From: an uncultured Aquiluna sp.
GTDB lineage: Bacteria > Actinomycetota > Actinomycetes > Actinomycetales > Microbacteriaceae
Length of the DNA stretch: 64,000 nucleotides
Reading direction: 5' to 3'
NCBI GenBank assembly: GCA_913775595.1
Contig: CAJYLB010000001.1
Span: 496,001-560,000, forward strand
Shown here: one piece after another, positions 57,822-64,000 of the stretch
How positions within the stretch are numbered: the first letter of the stretch is position 1
Layout: every line of letters begins with the position of its first letter
Made by a program: the position numbers and the translations under genes
Notes under the pieces: model-generated
The model's input: only the letters and a program-made list of their open reading frames with translations
The model's database searches: none
What the model was told of the DNA's origin: nothing

Positions 57822-60686
57822 CTATTTCGCGAATAGCTGCTCGTAGACTGCCCTCGCCTTACGTGTGGTGCTTAGGTAGGTCTCCTCAAGCTCCGAGGCT
57901 GAACCTGGCGCAAGCTCAAGGATTCGCGCCATTGCCTCCAGTTGCCGCCTGTCAGTCGGAAGGATGTCAATAAGCTTGTCCACAGCTAGAACAAGTGCAC
58001 TCCTGCATCTAGAGGAGAGCAGCCAGGCCGCTCTCAGGGCAGCACCATCTTCGCTTGATACTTCTCCAGACTTTTCGAGCGCTGCAAGCGCATCAAGAGT
58101 TCCTAATACTCGAAGCTCGATTTGCTGATGCGCGAGACGCAACTGGTAAAGCTGAACCAGCCACTCGACATCGCTAATGGAACCTTTGCCTAACTTGAGG
58201 TGCCTTGCGGGGTCCGCGCCCTGTGGAAGTCTCTCGGCCTCAACTCTCGCCTTTATGCGCCTAATCTCCACGAGCTGCTTATTGGTCAGCTCGACCGGAT
58301 ATCTGAAGCGATCGATCAGCTCTGTGAATGAAGCAACAAGCTCCGGACTACCTGAGATAACGCGGGCCCGAAGCAGGGCCTGAAACTCCCAGGTGTCTGC
58401 CCACTTTTCAAAGTACGCTCTGTAGCTTTCAAGGGAGCGAACCCGTGGTCCATTTTTACCCTCTGGCCTGAGTCCAAGGTCCAGCTCGAAAGCCATGATT
58501 GAATCCTTAACAAGACTTAGGAGCCTAGACGAAACCTTTTCGGCTAGTCCCTGGGCATCCTCTGGGCCAGAGGCATAGACAAGCATCGCGTCTGCATCGG
58601 ACCCAAACCCCAGCTCCCGGCCACCGAGGCGCCCCATTGCCACAATCCCTAGATCAAGCTCTTGGCCCTCTTTGGCAATCTCAAGCATCGCCCGAAGATA
58701 GGCATCCATGATCGCGGTCAAACCCTCGCTTATCTCCGCCATGGAGCTAACTCCCAGCACTGCACCAATTGCCACGCGGAGAGTCTCACGTCGGCGAATG
58801 TTTCGAATCAAATCGGCAGCCGCCTCAGGGTCCTCCTGCCTCGAAATAATGGCTGCCATCTCCGCCTCAATGGCCTCCAAACTGCGCGGCGAGAGCTCAG
58901 TGTCATCTCCGAACCAAGATGTCGAATCTGGAATCCGCTCTAACACCCTCGCGATCATCCCCGAGGATGAGAGCACCCGCATAAGACGTTCTGCGGCACC
59001 CGATGAGTCTCGAAGCATCCTAAGAAACCAGGGGGTGTCCCCCAGCTCCTCGCTAAGTCTGCGGAAGCTGACCAAGGCTCTGTCAGGGTCTGTCCCCTCT
59101 GCCATCCAGCGAATCAGAACTGGAAGGAGGGTTCTCTGGATCACTGCACGCCTGGAAACCCCAGTCGTGAGGGCATTGATGTGGTTTAGCGCGCCCTTAG
59201 GGTCAACAAAGCCGAGGGCTACCAGTCGCTTTTCAACATCCTCCGCGCTTAGCCTGATTTCTCCTGGAGTCAGCGCAGCAGTTGCGGCAAGTAGAGGTCG
59301 ATAGAAGACGGAGTCGTGAAGCTCTGCGACCTCAGCCCTCACAGACTCAAGTCGATTAGTTAGTTCGTCGGAGCTGAGCCCCAAACCTCTCGCAACACGG
59401 CGGAGCTCCTCAGGCTTGCTTGGAACCAGGTGTGAGCGCCTTAGGCGCTGGAGCTGAATCCGATGTTCGACGGAGCGGAGGAAGCGGTAGTGCGCGCTGA
59501 GTTTGGCCCTGTCGGTCCTGGAGAGCAGTCCGGCATCACTGAGTGCCTCGAGAGCAGACAGCGTATCCATTACCTGGAGACTAGGGTCGCCAACGCCGTG
59601 AACGAGCTGCAGAAGCTGAGCCGTGAATTCCACGTCCCTCAATCCACCTCGACCAAGTTTCAGGTTGCTCGAGCGCTCTGCTGGAGGAATGTTTTCAAGC
59701 ACCCGCCCTCTTAGATGCCTGGCGCTATCGACAATGGCGGAACGATCCTGATACGCCCAAATCATGGGCTTTATGGTGTCTATGTAGGCATTGCCTATCT
59801 CCGCATTTCCTGCAGCAAAACGTGCTTTCAAGAGAGCCTGGAACTCCCAAGGCTCTGCCCACTTGTCGTAGTAGGCGACATGAGCCTCGAGCGTTCTCAC
59901 CAAAACACCAGACTTACCCTCTGGCCTTAGGTTTGGATCAACCTGCCAAAGACCGGGTTCAACCTCAACGTCGTAGATGACGGCCTGCATCCTTGTCGCA
60001 ATCTTGATTGCCGTGTCGATCTTTTCGGCCTCTGTCGCAACGTAAATGACATCGACGTCGGAAACGTAGTTCAGCTCCTGTGCCCCGGTCTTACCCATGG
60101 CAATCACTGCCAAAGGGCAAGAACTAGCGTCAGCTTCGGAGATACGACCCTCACTGATGAGCTCCTGGGTTGCAACGGAGATTGCACTCTCTAAAGTGCC
60201 GTCCGTAAGCCGCGTCAACGAAATCGAAACCTCGGCAAAGGCAGCGCTGGCATCTAACTGAGCCAAGTCCCAATCGATGATCTGAAAAAGTGCGTTGCGG
60301 TAACCAACACGCAATTCAGACCGCGAAGCGGTAGGAATCGTGAATTTGCTTGGCAGCGCTGGCTTTTTTTGAATTATGAGCGAATCAGGATGACGAAGCA
60401 GATGCTCCGCCATGCCATCTGAGGCCCCCACGACCCGGCACAGCCTCTCGGCCTGCTTTGCATCCGAGAGAATCTTTGCGATCGCTTTTGGCTTTGTCTC
60501 GGACATCCGCAGGAGGAAGTCCAACGCCTTATCCGGTGAAGCTGAGGAGGCCAGTGGGGTTAGAGCAGAATGCCCCCAATCCCCTACCAACTCGACTAGC
60601 CGTTCAAGCTTGGCAACAGTCTCACTTAGATTTTCAAAGCCGAGCCTTGCGAGCTCACTGAGCGGATTGCTGCGTCCTCTAGTCAT
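57822..60686 (-). CDS. glnE: Bifunctional glutamine synthetase adenylyltransferase / adenylyl-removing enzyme
   Basis: Two nucleotidyltransferase domains: MGKTGAQELNYVSDVD and MGRLGGRELGFGSDAD, each with LRPEG. Confidence 0.96.
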   Translation of the reverse strand: MTRGRSNPLSELARLGFENLSETVAKLERLVELVGDWGHSALTPLASSASPDKALDFLLRMSETKPKAIAKILSDAKQAERLCRVVGASDGMAEHLLRHPDSLIIQKKPALPSKFTIPTASRSELRVGYRNALFQIIDWDLAQLDASAAFAEVSISLTRLTDGTLESAISVATQELISEGRISEADASSCPLAVIAMGKTGAQELNYVSDVDVIYVATEAEKIDTAIKIATRMQAVIYDVEVEPGLWQVDPNLRPEGKSGVLVRTLEAHVAYYDKWAEPWEFQALLKARFAAGNAEIGNAYIDTIKPMIWAYQDRSAIVDSARHLRGRVLENIPPAERSSNLKLGRGGLRDVEFTAQLLQLVHGVGDPSLQVMDTLSALEALSDAGLLSRTDRAKLSAHYRFLRSVEHRIQLQRLRRSHLVPSKPEELRRVARGLGLSSDELTNRLESVRAEVAELHDSVFYRPLLAATAALTPGEIRLSAEDVEKRLVALGFVDPKGALNHINALTTGVSRRAVIQRTLLPVLIRWMAEGTDPDRALVSFRRLSEELGDTPWFLRMLRDSSGAAERLMRVLSSSGMIARVLERIPDSTSWFGDDTELSPRSLEAIEAEMAAIISRQEDPEAAADLIRNIRRRETLRVAIGAVLGVSSMAEISEGLTAIMDAYLRAMLEIAKEGQELDLGIVAMGRLGGRELGFGSDADAMLVYASGPEDAQGLAEKVSSRLLSLVKDSIMAFELDLGLRPEGKNGPRVRSLESYRAYFEKWADTWEFQALLRARVISGSPELVASFTELIDRFRYPVELTNKQLVEIRRIKARVEAERLPQGADPARHLKLGKGSISDVEWLVQLYQLRLAHQQIELRVLGTLDALAALEKSGEVSSEDGAALRAAWLLSSRCRSALVLAVDKLIDILPTDRRQLEAMARILELAPGSASELEETYLSTTRKARAVYEQLFAK

Positions 60687-62027
60687 TTAGAGGTTGCGGA
60701 GATTTTGCTCGATCTCAAAAGGAGTCACCTGGGAGCGATACTCAGCCCACTCGTTTCGCTTATTTGCCAAAACGTATGAGAAGACGCGCTCGCCAAGTAC
60801 CTCGGCTGCCAACTCACTCGACTCAAGCTTTCTGATTGCGTGGTCTAGAGATTGCGGCAGTGCTTCGATTCCCATTGCCCTTCGTTCCATGTCACTTAGC
60901 GTCCAGACGTCATCCTCTGTCTCGGCAGGAAGCTCATAGTTCTCCTCAATGCCCTTGAGGCCGGCAGACAGCAGGAGTGAATAGGCCAGATATGGGTTTG
61001 CCGCACTGTCCATTGCGCGGTATTCCATGCGAGTGCTCTGAGCCTTCTCTGGCTTGTGAAGGGGAACTCGAACTAAAGCGCTGCGGTTATTGTGACCCCA
61101 GCTGACATAGCTTGGAGCCTCTCCCCCACCCCATAGGCGCTTGTAGCTGTTTACAAACTGGTTTGTGACAAGGGTGATCTCAGGCGCGTGACGGAGAACT
61201 CCAGCTATGAACTTGCGCGCCGTGTTTGATAGGTGGTACTCGGCACTTGCGTCAAAGAAGGCGTTCTTGTCCCCTTCAAAGAGTGAGAAGTGCGTGTGCA
61301 TGCCGCTGCCAGGGTGATTGGTGAACGGCTTTGGCATAAAGGTCGCGTAAACACCTTGCTCTATAGCCACCTCCTTAACCACCGTCTTGAACGTCATAAC
61401 GTTGTCAGCCATAGAAAGCGCATCTGCGTATCTGAGGTCGATCTCGTTTTGACCTGGTCCACCCTCGTGATGAGAGAACTCAACGGAGATTCCAAGTTGC
61501 TCCAGCATCGTGACCGCACGACGCCTAAAGTCGTGCGCAGTGCCGCCGGGCACATTGTCGAAATACCCTGCCTGGTCAACCGGAACTGGAAGGCCGTCTG
61601 CGCCCAATTCAGCGGACTTCAACAAGTAAAACTCGATCTCCGGGTGTACGTAGAAGCTGAACCCCAGGGAAGCGGCCTTGTCAAGGGCTCGCTTTAGAAC
61701 ATTTCTTGGATCAGCCGCAGCTGGCTGCCCGTCCGGGGTTGCAATGTCACAAAACATCCTCGCCGCTGGGTCAACACTGCCTCTCCACGGAAGAATTTGA
61801 AAGGTGCTTGGGTCAGGAATTGCGAGCATGTCGGCCTCGGAGGTGCGAGCCAAACCCTCAATGGCGCTGCCGTCAAATCCGATACCCTCGGCAAACGCGC
61901 CTTCAATCTCAGCGGGAGCAACCGCCACTGACTTCAGAGTCCCGGCAACATCCGTGAACCAAAGCCTTATGAACTTAACGCCGCGCTCTTCAATGGTGCG
62001 AAGTACGAACTCCTGTTGCTTGTCCAT
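60687..62027 (-). CDS. glnA2: Glutamine synthetase family protein GlnA2
   Basis: MDKQQEFVLRTIEER, FDGSAIEG, HHEGGPGQNEI, TFMPKP..HPGSGMH; upstream of glnE; AGGAGG SD. Confidence 0.92.
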   Translation of the reverse strand: MDKQQEFVLRTIEERGVKFIRLWFTDVAGTLKSVAVAPAEIEGAFAEGIGFDGSAIEGLARTSEADMLAIPDPSTFQILPWRGSVDPAARMFCDIATPDGQPAAADPRNVLKRALDKAASLGFSFYVHPEIEFYLLKSAELGADGLPVPVDQAGYFDNVPGGTAHDFRRRAVTMLEQLGISVEFSHHEGGPGQNEIDLRYADALSMADNVMTFKTVVKEVAIEQGVYATFMPKPFTNHPGSGMHTHFSLFEGDKNAFFDASAEYHLSNTARKFIAGVLRHAPEITLVTNQFVNSYKRLWGGGEAPSYVSWGHNNRSALVRVPLHKPEKAQSTRMEYRAMDSAANPYLAYSLLLSAGLKGIEENYELPAETEDDVWTLSDMERRAMGIEALPQSLDHAIRKLESSELAAEVLGERVFSYVLANKRNEWAEYRSQVTPFEIEQNLRNL

Positions 62028-62056
62028 TCCAGCCTCCTGACACTCCTAATAGGCTA

Positions 62057-63679
62057 GTGGCTGTGCAAGAAATCCGTATTGGCTTTGGCCAGATAAACCC
62101 CGTCGTGGGTGACTTCGCGCACAATTCGAAACAAATTCTGCATGTCATGGATGAGGCCTCGGGCAAGGTTGACCTTCTAGTTTTCGGTGAACTGGCACTT
62201 TGCGGATATCCCCTGGGGGATCTCAGCTACCGAACAGACATCATTGCCGCAACTGAGGACTCGCTTTCGAAGCTCATAAGCGTCAGCGCTGAATCCAAAT
62301 ACAAGGACCTGACGGTGGTACTGGGCCACGTGAGCCTCGCAACAAAGGCGCAGGACAATCAGTCTTCCTTTGCGGCAGCTCACAACTCAGCAACCGTCTT
62401 CAAAGCGGGAAAAGTTATTGGCCGATACGACAAGAGATATCTTCCAAATTATGACGTCTTTGATGACTGGAGGAACTTCGTTCCGGGTGAAAATGACCTT
62501 GTCTTCGAGCTAAACGGACAGCGGGTGGGAGTATCTATTTGCGAAGACATCTGGCACCCAGAGAGCCCGCAGCGCGAGTCTCTAGCTAAGGCCGGAGTGT
62601 CACTTCTAGTAGTTCCCAACGGGTCTCCCTACACACGTGACATCCAAACCCGCAGGCGTAACTCCGTCCGAGAGTTTCAAAACGGCTTCGCTGTGGCCTA
62701 TGCAAATCTCGCGGGGGGCCAGGACGAGCTCGTCTTCGACGGCGATAGCTTTTTGATAGATCAAGACGGCAAGGAAGTTAGCCGAGCCGGCATGGGACCT
62801 GGCTTCTATCCAGCTATCGAGACTGAACTTGAGCCTGTGCTTGACGATGAGCCTGAAAGGCTTTATCAGGCACTCGTCACCGGTTTGCGCGATTATTGCG
62901 CTAAGACAGGGCAGAAGAGAGCCGTTCTCGGTTTCTCCGGAGGCATTGATAGTGCACTCTGTGGCGCAATCGCAGTGGATGCGCTGGGAGCTGACGCGGT
63001 CCTCGGAATAGGCCTCCCCTCCAGGTATTCATCAGACCACTCCCTAGATGATGCAAAACAGCTGGCAAAGAATCTTGGTTGTGAGTTCCGAGAGATAGGC
63101 ATAGACCGCGCACACAAAGCCTTCGAGTCAATGGTGGAGTTGGAGGGGCTTTCCGGCGAAAATGTGCAGGCAAGAATCAGAGCGGTGACCCTCATGGCAG
63201 TTTCAAATGCTGAGGAAAGGCTTCTTCTAACAACTGGCAACAAGAGTGAGATAGCCGTGGGCTATTCAACTATGTATGGGGATTCGGCAGGTGGATTCGC
63301 GCCTATCAAAGACGTCCTCAAGACCGATGTTTGGCGACTAGCGAAATGGCTCAATGCCTCCAGGGGTAAAGAAATAATTCCGGTCTCCTCAATTGAGAAA
63401 CCACCCTCAGCCGAGCTAAGACCCGGCCAGCTTGATACTGACTCGCTGCCGGATTACGAACTTCTTGACGACATTCTGCGCCTATTGATCGAGAAAACCG
63501 CGACTGTTGATGAGGTAGTCGCCCTTGGCTTCGAGAGAGAGCTAGTTAGTGACATCGATAACAAGGTTCGAGCTGCAGAGTGGAAGAGATCTCAGGGGGC
63601 AATCGGAACGAAAACAACCCAGGTCGCGTTTGGATCAGGGCGTAGAGTACCTATTACTACCCGTTTCGGAAAACTATGA
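62057..63679 (+). CDS. nadE: Glutamine-dependent NAD(+) synthetase
   Basis: CN-hydrolase domain with E-K-C triad (GEL, YDK, ICED); synthetase SGGIDS, ENVQARIR, TGNKSE, PSAEL. Confidence 0.95.
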   Translation: MAVQEIRIGFGQINPVVGDFAHNSKQILHVMDEASGKVDLLVFGELALCGYPLGDLSYRTDIIAATEDSLSKLISVSAESKYKDLTVVLGHVSLATKAQDNQSSFAAAHNSATVFKAGKVIGRYDKRYLPNYDVFDDWRNFVPGENDLVFELNGQRVGVSICEDIWHPESPQRESLAKAGVSLLVVPNGSPYTRDIQTRRRNSVREFQNGFAVAYANLAGGQDELVFDGDSFLIDQDGKEVSRAGMGPGFYPAIETELEPVLDDEPERLYQALVTGLRDYCAKTGQKRAVLGFSGGIDSALCGAIAVDALGADAVLGIGLPSRYSSDHSLDDAKQLAKNLGCEFREIGIDRAHKAFESMVELEGLSGENVQARIRAVTLMAVSNAEERLLLTTGNKSEIAVGYSTMYGDSAGGFAPIKDVLKTDVWRLAKWLNASRGKEIIPVSSIEKPPSAELRPGQLDTDSLPDYELLDDILRLLIEKTATVDEVVALGFERELVSDIDNKVRAAEWKRSQGAIGTKTTQVAFGSGRRVPITTRFGKL

Positions 63680-64000
63680 AAATCAGAACCTCGACTCTTG
63701 CCAAGTTCAAGCAGGAAGGCAAGAAGTTCAGTTGCCTGACCAGCTATGACCAGCAGACTGCAGAGATTTTTGATGCTGCGGGCATAGAGGTCCTCCTGGT
63801 GGGCGATAGTGCCAGCAATACAGTTCTTGCGAACGATGACACCATTTCGGTCACGCTCGAAGAGATGATCCCTTTTGGCAAGGCGGTAGCGAGGTCTGCG
63901 CGGAGTTCACTTGTGGTTTTTGACCTGCCATTTGGCTCCTACGAGGAGTCTGCGGAGCAGGCTCTGCACAATTCCATACGCGTAATGAAAGAAACTGGCG
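63676..64000 (+). CDS. panB: 3-methyl-2-oxobutanoate hydroxymethyltransferase (runs off the window end)
   Basis: Not in the ORF track; translated by hand: MKIRTSTLAKFKQEGKKFSCLTSYD...LLVGDSA...VTLEEM...DLPFGSYE; ATGA overlap with the nadE stop. Confidence 0.93.
   Translation, partial: MKIRTSTLAKFKQEGKKFSCLTSYDQQTAEIFDAAGIEVLLVGDSASNTVLANDDTISVTLEEMIPFGKAVARSARSSLVVFDLPFGSYEESAEQALHNSIRVMKETG

Noticed and set aside
888..63749. Numerous 60-200 aa antisense or alternate-frame ORFs inside housekeeping genes (e.g. 15091-15549, 16950-17525, 58708-59304)
   Set aside because: Fully nested in well-supported genes, with no recognisable motifs or initiation signals; expected shadow ORFs.

Overview
A gene-dense, almost entirely housekeeping segment of a streamlined actinobacterial chromosome. 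Gene content, gene order and moderate GC fit a small-genome Microbacteriaceae (Luna-cluster, Aquiluna/Rhodoluna-like); this assignment is an inference. It holds about 59 CDSs: mltG-ruvX-alaS-rpsD, rarA, relA, secDF-yajC, ruvCAB, pdxST, thrS, mqo, amt, nhaA, zapE, sseA-sufE, rnd, dxs, acnA, dut, sepH, a topoisomerase IV-type pair, rpoD-murT-gatD, pepA-lpdA-dlaT-lipBA, glnA1/glnE/glnA2, nadE and panB. There is also a tRNA Gly-Cys-Val cluster. No mobile element, integrase, prophage or CRISPR array was seen. The best candidate for an undescribed system is a MurT/GatD-like pair in which GatD has lost its catalytic Cys and His and MurT has altered C-terminal motifs; it could ligate an amino acid rather than ammonia onto D-Glu, as group B peptidoglycan requires. 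Other notable points are a probable ATC start and structured leader for the principal sigma factor, about ten leaderless genes including two back-to-back divergent pairs, GlnR-type boxes at amt and glnA1, a VIT1 protein lacking its metal-binding domain, and a secreted 5'-nucleotidase with non-canonical metal ligands. All motif comparisons were done by eye from remembered family consensus; no searches were run.
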